Origin: Fidelibacterota bacterium
GTDB lineage: Bacteria; Fidelibacterota; Marinisomatia; Marinisomatales; TCS55
Direction: 5' to 3'
Length of the DNA stretch: 64,000 nt
NCBI GenBank assembly: GCA_045569015.1
Contig: JBJKZX010000002.1
Location: forward strand, 301,962 to 365,961
Shown here: positions 29,507-40,405 of the stretch, piece after piece
Numbering within the stretch: the first letter of the stretch is position 1
Layout of the letters: each line of letters begins with the position of its first letter
The notes under the pieces: generated by a model
The model's database searches: none
Seen by the model: the letters and a program-made list of their open reading frames with translations, nothing else
Told to the model about the DNA's origin: nothing
Made by a program: the position numbers and the translations under genes

Positions 29507-30232
29507 TTAATCAGTTTTTAAGCTAGATGCGTTTAAATATTCATAGTCTATCATACAGCGATCGTAGATACCATCCCATTTCGAATCCAGTTTAATATCT
29601 TGGTAGGAATAGGGCTGAAACTCCGTAGTTTTTTCAACTTCACTATACCAATGCGGAGCCCAAACTCCGTCTGTATCTCTTTTTCCTGGAGGCCAATTAA
29701 GCATTTTCTTATCAAAATCAATATTTAAAATATTGCACAATTTTTTAAGAATTTTTTCTGGATTCATGAGCACATCTTTTGCATTAATTACAACAGGATG
29801 ATCGCCGGTTGCATCTACAATAGTTTTGATAATTTGAACCTGCTGATTGTAGCCAAGCTGCAAATGATCAACTAGTTTGAATCGTTTTTGGTAGCTGACT
29901 ATAACCTCTTTTGGATTGCGAATAAGAAAAAGATTTATAACACTCTTTGTCCAATTCAAATCAGAGTAATCGAAAATATGGTGAGCCATATGTTTTTGAT
30001 ACCAAATTTGTTTTTGATTAGGGATAGCTCCTGTAAGCGTATTAGATACAGTCTCCCAACTTGAGGATTGGTCGTTTAAAATTTCTTCGCGGGCAGGGTG
30101 ATTTTCGCCGCTTTCCTTCAAAAAATAAGCATAAAAAGGTTCATCGGTAACATGCGTATCTGTTCGATTTTCAAATGATCGCATTAAAGCTGTTGAAATA
30201 TTTCTTGGGCCAGACCACATCGCTATTCTCAC
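29507..30232 (-). CDS. Sulfotransferase-fold (P-loop-like) protein, BCAT-like-protein N-domain family
   Basis: 241 aa. The N-terminus MRIAMWSGPRNISTALMRSFENRTDTHVTDEPFYAYFL matches a family I recall being annotated as sulfotransferase or branched-chain aminotransferase-like protein 2. It starts 3 nt after the upstream class IV aminotransferase. Confidence 0.55.
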   Translation of the reverse strand: MRIAMWSGPRNISTALMRSFENRTDTHVTDEPFYAYFLKESGENHPAREEILNDQSSSWETVSNTLTGAIPNQKQIWYQKHMAHHIFDYSDLNWTKSVINLFLIRNPKEVIVSYQKRFKLVDHLQLGYNQQVQIIKTIVDATGDHPVVINAKDVLMNPEKILKKLCNILNIDFDKKMLNWPPGKRDTDGVWAPHWYSEVEKTTEFQPYSYQDIKLDSKWDGIYDRCMIDYEYLNASSLKTD

Positions 30233-30235
30233 TGC

Positions 30236-31132
30236 TCAGGACTCCAGGTGTTTTCTGTAAAGCTTTTGCAGAAAAAGAGTTAATTCTCCTCTTGATCCAT
30301 TGCTAAACAAAACGTCATCTACGCTTATTACTGGTATAATTCCTGCAAATGTACCAGTAACAAAAACCTCATCTGCGGTATATACCTCCTCTATCGTAAA
30401 GTTTTTTTCAAATACTGGCACATCATTATGTTTGCATAAATCAATAACGGTTGATCGCGTTATTCCATGTAAACAATATCGACCCGAAGAAGTCCATACT
30501 TCATTGGAACGTATTATAAAAAAATTTGTTGAATTACAGGTAGAAACAAATCCCTCTGGGTCTAGCATCAGCCCTTCGTCAGCGCCCTTTTTTTCAGCTT
30601 CAATGCATGCAGCTATACAATTATGCTTACTAAGAGAGTTGATATTTGGATTCTGTACACGAAAATCTCGAATAGTATCTACTAAGGCAAGCTTTATTCC
30701 GTTTTCAAGTACTGATTTATCGGCAATTTTATATTCTGGGATAATCACAATTGTTGGATTGCCAACGGATGCTTTTGGATGCTGATAGGGTGTTTTTTTC
30801 AACCCCCTAGAAACAATAAGGCGAATATGAACATCCGAGCTCATTTTATTTATTTCCAATGTCTTAAATATCGCCACTTTTATCTCTTCGCGCGATAAAT
30901 GAATGCTTAGCGCAAGTGAGCTTGCTCCAGAAAATAATCTGTCTAAGTGTTTTTCAATGTGCAGTAAAGCGCCGTTATTTAGTCGAATACCTTCCCACAC
31001 TCCGTCGCCCAAAAGAAAACCGCTGTCAAGCACAGAAACTTTTGCTTCGTTGCGATCAAAAAATTCTCCATTGATATAAATTTTTACATCATCGTTTCGA
31101 GGATCTTCATAGTAATCGTGTGTTGTAGGCAT
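30236..31132 (-). CDS. Class IV (fold type IV) PLP aminotransferase, BCAT/D-amino-acid aminotransferase-like
   Basis: 298 aa with DSGFLLGDGVWEGIR, a conserved Lys region (SLSKHN), EG and GITR motifs. Confidence 0.8.
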   Translation of the reverse strand: MPTTHDYYEDPRNDDVKIYINGEFFDRNEAKVSVLDSGFLLGDGVWEGIRLNNGALLHIEKHLDRLFSGASSLALSIHLSREEIKVAIFKTLEINKMSSDVHIRLIVSRGLKKTPYQHPKASVGNPTIVIIPEYKIADKSVLENGIKLALVDTIRDFRVQNPNINSLSKHNCIAACIEAEKKGADEGLMLDPEGFVSTCNSTNFFIIRSNEVWTSSGRYCLHGITRSTVIDLCKHNDVPVFEKNFTIEEVYTADEVFVTGTFAGIIPVISVDDVLFSNGSRGELTLFLQKLYRKHLES

Positions 31133-31154
31133 GAAATTTAAATGAGCTTAATAA

Positions 31155-31502
31155 TTAATCTTTCACCTTATCTTCCTGCAGTGGAACTGTGGGAAGAGAT
31201 AGATTTTCTGTAGCTGGCGCTAGAGAGCCATCTTGCTGCGCATCTTCAACAACAGAACCCGATGTACCAGAGCCCGGAGAAGAAATTAAGCTTATCAATA
31301 AAGCCAGACCCATAAAGAGACCTGCAAGATACGTAGTCAGCTTGCTTAAAGCATTTCCTGCGCTTCTACCTCCAAATATTGCATTAGTAGTTTGACCTCC
31401 AGAAAGACCTGAAAGGCCACCACCCTGACTTGCTTGCATTAAAACAACTACAATTAGCAAAAGACTGATAATTGCGTGTAAGGTTATTAAAAAACCAATC
31501 AT
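31155..31502 (-). CDS. secG: Preprotein translocase subunit SecG
   Basis: 115 aa. The first TM is followed by LLIVVVLMQASQGGGLSG, the SecG signature. Confidence 0.85.
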   Translation of the reverse strand: MIGFLITLHAIISLLLIVVVLMQASQGGGLSGLSGGQTTNAIFGGRSAGNALSKLTTYLAGLFMGLALLISLISSPGSGTSGSVVEDAQQDGSLAPATENLSLPTVPLQEDKVKD

Positions 31503-32254
31503 AAAGACCTCTTAATATTTTTAGTTACGTTTTGAATTATTTGACAAAAACTTTTTGCATTTAAACTGGCTCCGCCAATTAGAAAGCCGTCAACATTTTC
31601 AACGGCGTACAATTCTGATGCATTTTCAGCATTCACTGAACCGCCATAAAGTATCGGTATATGTTTTTCAAACAAAGCATTTAAAGTTGCGTTGATATAT
31701 TTATGCGCATCGTGCACTTGGTCTGTACTCGCTGACTTTCCGGTACCTATTGCCCATACTGGCTCATAGGCCACAATGAATTTTTCTGGCTCAGGACCAA
31801 TATCTTTGCAGGCAGAAACTAATTGTTTTTTTAATACCTCGAAAGTTTTTCCTGTCTCTCTCTGCTCAAGAGTCTCACCAATACAAACTATTGGACAAAG
31901 ACCTTGGTTAAGGGCATTTTGAGTTTTTCCATTTATCTGAATATCTGTTTCCAAAAAATAATGCCTTCTTTCAGAGTGCCCAATAATAGCATATTCAACA
32001 GCTAAAGATTGTAGCATCTGAGCAGAAATTTCACCGGTAAAAGCTCCACTTTCTTTATGGTGAATATTTTGTACCCCCACACCGTATCCCGTATTTTTAA
32101 GTTTATTACTAACCGATCCAAGCGCAATAGATGTAGGGAAAAAAATAATTTCAGAATCATCGGGAGATGAGCAATCCAAAACTTCATCAATTAAAACTAA
32201 ACCTTTATCAATTGTTAGGTTCATCTTCCAGTTAGCTGCTATTATAGGATTCAT
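31499..32254 (-). CDS. tpiA: Triosephosphate isomerase
   Basis: Motifs AANWKMN, IGHSERR, AYEPVWAIGTG and YGGS. I chose the start at MNPIIAANWKMN, 4 nt after the pgk stop; the longer track ORF overlaps pgk. Confidence 0.93.
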   Translation of the reverse strand: MNPIIAANWKMNLTIDKGLVLIDEVLDCSSPDDSEIIFFPTSIALGSVSNKLKNTGYGVGVQNIHHKESGAFTGEISAQMLQSLAVEYAIIGHSERRHYFLETDIQINGKTQNALNQGLCPIVCIGETLEQRETGKTFEVLKKQLVSACKDIGPEPEKFIVAYEPVWAIGTGKSASTDQVHDAHKYINATLNALFEKHIPILYGGSVNAENASELYAVENVDGFLIGGASLNAKSFCQIIQNVTKNIKRSL

Positions 32255-32258
32255 TGAA

Positions 32259-33440
32259 TTAAACCTCCAAGGCAAACATTGCCGGTAATTTTTTTCCCGA
32301 TAAAAGTGCGATTGATGCACCTCCACCAGTTGATAAATGCGACATTTTATTTTCTAATTTAAATTTTCTTAACGCAGATGCAGTATCACCGCCACCCATA
32401 ATACTTATTAAGCCCTCTTTAGTGCAAGACGCTATGTGCTCTGCTATTGATTTTGTTCCATTATGAAAAACATCGGATTCAAAAACACCCATTGGACCAT
32501 TCCATATAACTGTTTCTGAATCCGAAATATGTTTTGAAAAAGATTCAATGGTTTTGGGTCCAATATCTAATCCCATCTGAGCGGTAGGTATTTTGGTTAT
32601 ATCGTAAGTTTTTCCTGCATCATTTTCAATGGAACTTGAGCAAATAACATCCTTTGGAAGAAAAAGATTTTTCCTAGACTTGGCTTTGTTAATTAATTGA
32701 GCCGCTGAAGACACTTTTGATTTATTTACGATCGACCTGCCAACATTAATACCGCGAGCCTCAAGCAAGGTAAATGCCATTCCTCCGCCAATTAGGATTT
32801 TATCAGCAATACCAATATAATGATCGATCAAATCAATCTTAGAATCTATTTTAGCGCCGCCTAAGACTAGGGTTAGCGGTCGAGCTGGTTTTGATAATAT
32901 CTTAGATAAAAAGTTCAATTCGTTTTCTATTAAAAACCCAATACCTTTTCTAGAGAAGTGTTTCGCTATACCAACATTGGAAGCGTGAGATCTGTGAGCA
33001 GTGCCAAAAGCATCGTTAATAAAAATATCACCATGTTTGGCTAGCTGAACACTAAAATCATGATCATTTTTTACCTCATCTTCATAAAATCTTAGGTTTT
33101 CAAGCATATGTATCTCTCCAGGCTTAAGGCCAAGAGTTACATCGTGGGAATCTTCAGAAATACAATTACTGGAAAATTTAATAGGCATTTCAAGGAGATC
33201 AGCAAGGGCTTCACCTATCGGCATAAGACTTAATTTTTGATCAGGCTTACCTTTTGGGCGCCCCAAGTGGGACATAATTACAAGTTTTGCACCAGACTCA
33301 AGGCAATATTGTATTGTTGGAAGAGTTTGCTTAATACGAAAATCATCAATAACCTTTTCATCGTCAAGCGGAACATTGTAGTCTACCCTAAGGAGTACCG
33401 TTTTATTCTTTAGGTCAAAAGTTTTTAATGTTTTTATCAT
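32259..33440 (-). CDS. pgk: Phosphoglycerate kinase
   Basis: 393 aa with RVDYNVPL, SHLGRPKG, FGTAHR, GGAKIDSKI and STGGGASI. Confidence 0.95.
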   Translation of the reverse strand: MIKTLKTFDLKNKTVLLRVDYNVPLDDEKVIDDFRIKQTLPTIQYCLESGAKLVIMSHLGRPKGKPDQKLSLMPIGEALADLLEMPIKFSSNCISEDSHDVTLGLKPGEIHMLENLRFYEDEVKNDHDFSVQLAKHGDIFINDAFGTAHRSHASNVGIAKHFSRKGIGFLIENELNFLSKILSKPARPLTLVLGGAKIDSKIDLIDHYIGIADKILIGGGMAFTLLEARGINVGRSIVNKSKVSSAAQLINKAKSRKNLFLPKDVICSSSIENDAGKTYDITKIPTAQMGLDIGPKTIESFSKHISDSETVIWNGPMGVFESDVFHNGTKSIAEHIASCTKEGLISIMGGGDTASALRKFKLENKMSHLSTGGGASIALLSGKKLPAMFALEV

Positions 33441-33556
33441 CGATTTTACAAATAGAGATAGACTGCCTAAGCAAAAGTATTATTATAGGTTTTAAACAGC
33501 TTACAATTTACACATAAATATATACAACAGGGTAAAAATGAACCTAAATTTTCAGT

Positions 33557-36544
33557 ATGCCACTTGATACAAAAGGATCAATTAATTTTCAAGATTTGAT
33601 GCTACATAGAATTCATGAGATTCTGCTTGTTGCAAGTCCATATGATGCATTCATCTTAGAGGAAGATGGACGATTAACCCAGCAGATTTTATACGAATAC
33701 TTAGGGATGAATTTGTCTTATGCACCGCGAGTATGGCATGCAAAAGATGCAAAAACAGGCTTAAAACAACTCGCTGATAGAAGCTATGATCTAGTAATCG
33801 TTATGATGAGAATTGCCGATATGGACCCTATAACTTTCGGAGAAAGAGTAAAAAAAACGTATCCCGATAAACCGGTAATTCTACTCGCTTTTGATGAATC
33901 TGAGATTTCTATGCTTCCCCAAAAACGACTCGCAAAAACTATAGATAGGGTTTATATCTGGTCTGGAAATGCAAATGTTTTTCCTGCAATTATAAAAAAT
34001 ATTGAAGATAAAATGAATATTGAGCGTGATTATAGAATTGCTGGTATTCGATCAATAGTAATGGTTGAAGACAATCCAAGGTATTATTCAATAGTTTTAC
34101 CATTAATTTACAGAACAGCATTAAGCCATGCGCGAAGCTTAATCAATAGAAGTTTATCAGATACAGATCGCTTGCTATTATTTAGAGCAAGACCGAAAAT
34201 ACTTTTGGCTTCAAACTATGAAGAAGCAATAGATATATATGAAAACTACCGTCATAATATTTTAGGTTTTATATCAGATATTCAATTTCCAAAAAATGGA
34301 AAACTAAATCAGAGTTCTGGGCTAGATCTTGCCAGATATATAAGAGAGAATGATTCGGATATGCCTATTGTTCTTCAATCAACTAATCCAGAACACAGTC
34401 AAGCAGCTGAGAGCACAAATACAACTTTCATTTACAAAAAATCATCATCATTAATACAGGAACTGAAAAGCTTTATTGTAAATAATTTTGGTTTTGGTGA
34501 TTTTGTATTTCGGTATAAAACTGGAAAAGAAATCACCCGAGCAACAAATATGGCCGAATTCCAAAAACAACTTAAAACCTTACCAGAAAAATCATTGCAA
34601 TACCATGCATCAAAAAATCACTTTTCAAATTGGATAGCAGTAAGAGGGGAGTTTGAGCTTGCATCAAATCTTAGAAGAATTAAAAGTAGCAATTACAGTA
34701 ATTTAGAAGATTTACGCAAAGTATTACTTGATAATATTAATTTACAAATAGATGAAAAAAAGGATGGTAAAATTGTTCAATTTGCACCTAAAACATCAAG
34801 CAAAGACCTAAGCTTTGTACGGATATCTACCGGGTCACTTGGCGGTAAAGCTAGAGGCTTAGCATTTGCAAATAATATTCTTAAGAAATCGGATTTAGAG
34901 TCTAAATATCCAAATACAATTGTTCGCGTACCCAAAATTGCTGTAATAGGTACCGATGAATTTGATGATTTCATGATTACAAATAATCTTTGGAAAATTG
35001 CTTTTGATAAAAAGAAGTCCGATAGGTCAATTATCAGAGCTTTTTTAAAAGGGTCTTTATCTAAAAATTTGAGATCGACTCTTAAAAATTACCTTGGTAG
35101 TATAAAATTTCCTATAGCAGTGCGATCTTCTAGCTTGCTTGAAGACTCACAATACCAACCCCTTGCTGGTATGTATTCCACCTATATGCTTCCGAACAAA
35201 AATAAATCCAAATCCCACAGACTTGAAGAGCTTGAAAAAGCTATTAAGCTCGTTTATGCCTCAACTTTTTTAAATGAACCGAAAACGCTTATTGAGGCTT
35301 CTGTGCATCATCACGAAGAAGAAAAGATGGCTGTAATTATAATGGAGCTTGTTGGGAAGAAACATGGCGATATTTTTTATCCTAGCGCAAGTGGATTAGC
35401 CCAAAGCTTTAATTACTACCCCACTTCCTACATGAAAAGAAATGAAGGGGTAGCATACCTAGCGCTTGGCCTAGGTAGAACAATTGCTGAAGGAGAAAAA
35501 TCTTTAAGATTTGCCCCAAAATATCCAGGTCTAATACCACAATATTACTCTGTAAGGTCAACAGTAGATAATTCTCAAAATCAATTTTATGCTCTTGACT
35601 TAAATAAAGGAGGAGACTTACTTAAGAACAGTCAATTTGAAAACACATCATTGTATGACTTGAGTACAGCAGAAAACGATGGTGAGCTTTTTTGGTCAGG
35701 AAGCGTTGTTTCGAATTCTGATAATACAATTCGCGACAATCTTAAAGATGCGGGTACTAGGGTAATTACTTTCCCCTCTGTCCTTAAATGGAACAGTGCG
35801 CCGGTCATGGAATTAATTATAGACTTATTAAAAATTGGTGAAAACGCTTTAGGCTGCCCTGTTGAAATTGAATTCGCAATTAACCTTAACAAGGACGATC
35901 AGAAAAAACATGAATTCTGCCTTCTTCAAATCAAACCTATGGTTGTTGGTGGAATGGATAAAGTTGAAGATGAAAAAAAACTTTCTAGAAGTGAGCTATT
36001 TTGTTCGAGTTCGATTGCACTTGGGAATGGAATAATAAAAGATATCAAAAATTTTATTTTTGTTAATCCCAAAAAATTTGATTCATCGAAAACAAGATAT
36101 ATAGCAAAGGAAATTGAAAAAATAAATTATGCTATCCCAGAAGGTGAAAAATTTATGCTAATTGGACCTGGAAGGTGGGGTTCTTCCGATCCATGGCTTG
36201 GTATTCCCGTTGAATGGTCTCAGATATCCAAAGCAAAAGTAATTGTTGAATATGGAATGGATTCATTCCCTGTAGACCCATCCTTTGGAAGTCATTTTTT
36301 TCAAAATGTTACCTCTATGCGCATAGGCTACTTTACAATTGATCATAAGAATACAGAAGATTTCATCGATTTAAACTGGATTAAAAACCAGAAACCCAAA
36401 AAAACATCCAAATACATTGATTGGTTTGAGCTTGAAAATAAATTATTAGTTTCAATTGATGGTCAAAGCGGTCAGGGTAAAATAATTAAACCCAAGAAAA
36501 GTCAAAAAGAAGAAATGGACGAACAAGAGACATCCGGTATATAA
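33557..36544 (+). CDS. Receiver-domain protein fused to a PpsA/PPDK N-terminal (ATP-grasp, PEP/pyruvate-binding) domain, with no phosphohistidine swivel domain
   Basis: 995 aa. It begins with a degenerate receiver-like domain (ILLVASPYD, DLVIVMMRIADMD). A canonical receiver follows (MVEDNP, GFISDIQFP, IVLQSTN). Next come GGKARGLAF and IAVRSSSLLEDS, typical of the PpsA/PPDK nucleotide-binding domain. I saw no GGxTSH swivel motif. Confidence 0.7.
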   Translation: MPLDTKGSINFQDLMLHRIHEILLVASPYDAFILEEDGRLTQQILYEYLGMNLSYAPRVWHAKDAKTGLKQLADRSYDLVIVMMRIADMDPITFGERVKKTYPDKPVILLAFDESEISMLPQKRLAKTIDRVYIWSGNANVFPAIIKNIEDKMNIERDYRIAGIRSIVMVEDNPRYYSIVLPLIYRTALSHARSLINRSLSDTDRLLLFRARPKILLASNYEEAIDIYENYRHNILGFISDIQFPKNGKLNQSSGLDLARYIRENDSDMPIVLQSTNPEHSQAAESTNTTFIYKKSSSLIQELKSFIVNNFGFGDFVFRYKTGKEITRATNMAEFQKQLKTLPEKSLQYHASKNHFSNWIAVRGEFELASNLRRIKSSNYSNLEDLRKVLLDNINLQIDEKKDGKIVQFAPKTSSKDLSFVRISTGSLGGKARGLAFANNILKKSDLESKYPNTIVRVPKIAVIGTDEFDDFMITNNLWKIAFDKKKSDRSIIRAFLKGSLSKNLRSTLKNYLGSIKFPIAVRSSSLLEDSQYQPLAGMYSTYMLPNKNKSKSHRLEELEKAIKLVYASTFLNEPKTLIEASVHHHEEEKMAVIIMELVGKKHGDIFYPSASGLAQSFNYYPTSYMKRNEGVAYLALGLGRTIAEGEKSLRFAPKYPGLIPQYYSVRSTVDNSQNQFYALDLNKGGDLLKNSQFENTSLYDLSTAENDGELFWSGSVVSNSDNTIRDNLKDAGTRVITFPSVLKWNSAPVMELIIDLLKIGENALGCPVEIEFAINLNKDDQKKHEFCLLQIKPMVVGGMDKVEDEKKLSRSELFCSSSIALGNGIIKDIKNFIFVNPKKFDSSKTRYIAKEIEKINYAIPEGEKFMLIGPGRWGSSDPWLGIPVEWSQISKAKVIVEYGMDSFPVDPSFGSHFFQNVTSMRIGYFTIDHKNTEDFIDLNWIKNQKPKKTSKYIDWFELENKLLVSIDGQSGQGKIIKPKKSQKEEMDEQETSGI

Positions 36545-36553
36545 GCTATTTCC

Positions 36554-37909
<1,356 letters not shown>

Positions 37910-38032
37910 TTAAAAAAAAATAAATATAAAAATCGGCTGAAGTTAAAAAGAATATTTTGATAAAAATCATATAATGTTTGAAGAAATTGAAATAAATAAA
38001 GTAATTTTAGATAATATCTTTGATGGTATTAT

Positions 38033-38106
38033 GGCGGAGTAGCTCAGATGGTTAGAGCAGTGGAATCATAATCCAAAGGTCGGGGGTTCGATCCCCTCCT
38101 CCGCTA
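38033..38106 (+). tRNA. tRNA with CAU anticodon (elongator Met, or Ile2 if lysidine-modified)
   Basis: GGCGGAGTAGCTCAGATGGTTAGAGCAGTGGAATCATAATCCAAAGGTCGGGGGTTCGATCCCCTCCTCCGCTA. It folds as a cloverleaf with anticodon loop TCATAAT. It lacks the three consecutive anticodon-stem G-C pairs and C1:A72 mismatch typical of bacterial initiator tRNA. Confidence 0.85.
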
Positions 38107-38134
38107 CTATCTTTTTCTTGATAAGAAATCATAT

Positions 38135-38812
38135 TTAATTTTTTGAGCTTAGCTGTTCAATTAAATCATTTACATCATTTAAAATATTTTTACATAAAAA
38201 CTCGAGAATACTGTGTGTGCTTTTATTTGCAGCTAAATAATTTTGGAATACCTGATTATCGATAATATTTTTTCTTGCTAAGTTGTTTGAATAGTCAAGA
38301 TTCCACATTCTTGTTTTTTTTGACATGACAAAGTTTTCTAAAATTACCTCATCCATTTGTTGGATAGTGTGCAAATGATAATCAGTTATTTCTTTCAAAA
38401 ATACATATCTCTTTTGATATAAATTTAAAATTCCGTTCCTTAAAGAATCGTCTTCAATCTTGTATATCAGCCCCAGACTTTCCAATGAATTAAAAATAGT
38501 GTTATCTAACCGTATCCCTGCATTGGTTGTTGTATTCTCAAAAGCTATTCTAAGTCTTTCATCAGATGAAAATTTTACTGAATCATTATTTTGAATATAT
38601 TCAAAGTGTACAATTTTTTTCTTATAATTATCTATATAACTCTCTAGTGCTGTTTTATCAGATTTAAGAGTTTCGCTTAAAGCATGGAGTGAGCGCTCAA
38701 TTTGATAGTTTAACTCACGAAAATCTTTATTGTTATCAATCCAAAGCGATCCACTAATTCCCAATAAAACTGCAATAAACTCTACCCCGCCCCTAGCTAA
38801 AATTTTATTCAT
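38135..38812 (-). CDS. ARGG-EF anchor family paralog 1 (single-pass membrane protein, DUF6090-like architecture)
   Basis: 225 aa. N-terminus MNKILARGGVEFIAVLLGISGSLWID, then a helical ectodomain carrying the shared central motif (..LYQKRY..). Its ATG overlaps the stop of paralog 2 (ATGA). Confidence 0.8.
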   Translation of the reverse strand: MNKILARGGVEFIAVLLGISGSLWIDNNKDFRELNYQIERSLHALSETLKSDKTALESYIDNYKKKIVHFEYIQNNDSVKFSSDERLRIAFENTTTNAGIRLDNTIFNSLESLGLIYKIEDDSLRNGILNLYQKRYVFLKEITDYHLHTIQQMDEVILENFVMSKKTRMWNLDYSNNLARKNIIDNQVFQNYLAANKSTHSILEFLCKNILNDVNDLIEQLSSKN

Positions 38813-39498
38813 CTATTTTTTTTTAATTTAGTATTTAGCTCATCATCAAGCTGTTTCTGTGTTTTGATCATCTCTTTTTTAGTTTCCTTCATCAGATCTA
38901 TAAAATAATTAAACATAAATTCATTTTTAATAACCCAATTATAAAATTCAGAACTATTTATAGCATTTAATACCTCATCAATATTGTATATAAAGCCTCT
39001 CGTCGAGTTGCTTAAATACCATGTCCAGTGATCGTCTCTCAATGTTATATCATCCATATATTTATTATTTGCATCCATTCTCACATAGGTCTGATCATAC
39101 AACCTGGTTAAAGAGTGAACAATTTTAAGGTTACTTGTGCGATTAAAATTTCCTGCTGATTTTGATGATAGATATGCAGATTTCTTTCCAAAAAAAGATC
39201 TATTTCCAAGTGGCTCTTTAAATATTGCTATTGTATCAAGCGCCTCTTTTCCGATTTTTGATTTTTCAAAAATTGTTAGAAATTCTCTAATCTCTGTTAA
39301 TTTGTTTTCATTATATTTAATTTTTTCAGAAACGACGCTTAAGTCATCTATTAGCTCATTGTTTATGGCAATTAAATCTTGATAAAGCTCTTTTCTTTGA
39401 GCATTATCATTGCTAACGCCATCAATCCATAAAGATCCGGATAAGCCTAATAAAACTGCAATAAACTCAATACCGCCTCTGGCCAAAATATTTTTCAA
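38809..39498 (-). CDS. ARGG-EF anchor family paralog 2
   Basis: The TTG at 39496-39498 gives MKNILARGGIEFIAVLLGLSGSLWID, aligned residue for residue with the other seven paralogs. AAGGA lies upstream. The longer track ORF (to 39546) would overlap the preceding microprotein ORF. Confidence 0.75.
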   Translation of the reverse strand: MKNILARGGIEFIAVLLGLSGSLWIDGVSNDNAQRKELYQDLIAINNELIDDLSVVSEKIKYNENKLTEIREFLTIFEKSKIGKEALDTIAIFKEPLGNRSFFGKKSAYLSSKSAGNFNRTSNLKIVHSLTRLYDQTYVRMDANNKYMDDITLRDDHWTWYLSNSTRGFIYNIDEVLNAINSSEFYNWVIKNEFMFNYFIDLMKETKKEMIKTQKQLDDELNTKLKKNR

Positions 39499-39502
39499 TT
39501 TA

Positions 39503-39700
39503 TTATCCTTTATTTTGAATATGAAGAGTGCCCGGAAGTGTGCCAATAAATATTATTAATGTGCCCCAATAATCAAATCCGATTGAAATACCAGAAAAAT
39601 AGTCCTTAATACCCAACCCAGAAAATATAATTAACATAAAGAGGTGGATAAAAAGTAAAGATTTCCTGATTCTTTTCTTTGTCATATTCTTTATAAACAT
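39503..39700 (-). CDS. Two-TM microprotein (65 aa; 60 aa if the start is MTKKRIRK)
   Basis: MFIKNMTKKRIRKSLLFIHLFMLIIFSGLGIKDYFSGISIGFDYWGTLIIFIGTLPG... has a basic N-terminus and two hydrophobic helices. It aligns with the 56-aa ORF at 41416-41586. It sits between paralogs 3 and 2 with gaps of 6 and 4 nt. Confidence 0.6.
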   Translation of the reverse strand: MFIKNMTKKRIRKSLLFIHLFMLIIFSGLGIKDYFSGISIGFDYWGTLIIFIGTLPGTLHIQNKG

Positions 39701-39706
39701 TGCATT

Positions 39707-40378
39707 TTATAGCTCTTTGATTTTGTTATTCAACATTATATCAACTTTCTTCATTTGATTTAATGCGCTTTCAGCTTTTATAATGTAAAAACGCTGTATT
39801 TCATCTATAAAAGTTTGGAGTGCGCCTAAATAATCATTAGAAAATATTTTTTTTAAATTTGTTTTTTTAACTTCTAATTCAAATGGGTCAGAACCAAAAT
39901 ATTTTATTCCAAAATCCGCAGAATACCAGAATGCGTCTAATTGCTCGCCATTCAAATCCATTCGAGAGTAAAAATGACCATAAATGATTCCGATTTCATT
40001 AGCTATTTCATCGTTGCCAAAGTAAGTAAGGCGACCACTTGAAACTGAAGCATCATATGCGGAAGAAGTGCCAAAAAAAGTTCCACTGTTCCAAACATTG
40101 CTAAGATTTATGATAAATTTTTCATAATCAAACTTTTCTTTATTTTTAATCATTTCTAAAGCCTTTAATCCGCTTTCAAATGATTCTTTTTGAACAGCTA
40201 TAACTCTCTCTAATAAAATTATATCCTTTCTTAAATCTTTTTGAATATTTATGTAATCTGATTTTAGTCGTTTTTCAATTTCTTTGTCTTGCTTCCATTC
40301 ATCAACATTAAAAGACATAGTGATGCCTAGCAACACTGCTAAAAATTCGATTCCTCCTCTCGCAAATATATTTTTCAC
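39707..40378 (-). CDS. ARGG-EF anchor family paralog 3
   Basis: 223 aa, GTG start, MKNIFARGGIEFLAVLLGITMSFNVDEWKQD. Central motif TFFGTSSAYDASVSSGRLTYF...IYGHFYSR. Confidence 0.8.
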   Translation of the reverse strand: MKNIFARGGIEFLAVLLGITMSFNVDEWKQDKEIEKRLKSDYINIQKDLRKDIILLERVIAVQKESFESGLKALEMIKNKEKFDYEKFIINLSNVWNSGTFFGTSSAYDASVSSGRLTYFGNDEIANEIGIIYGHFYSRMDLNGEQLDAFWYSADFGIKYFGSDPFELEVKKTNLKKIFSNDYLGALQTFIDEIQRFYIIKAESALNQMKKVDIMLNNKIKEL

Positions 40379-40405
40379 GATTCTCTCAATCTTTTACTAT
40401 CATAG

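Noticed and set aside
36545-36553. Only 9 nt separate the convergent stops of the 995-aa gene and gdhA, with no terminator hairpin.
   Set aside because: This is probably just genome compaction, and nothing further can be inferred from the sequence.
38740-38812. Reading the family as genuine type IV/Flp pilins because of the G-G-x-E-F anchor.
   Set aside because: The Glu spacing relative to the Gly does not match G(-1)/E(+5) or G-xxxx-EY. The proteins have large helical ectodomains rather than pilin-like domains, and no pilus biogenesis genes are nearby. I kept only a noted resemblance.
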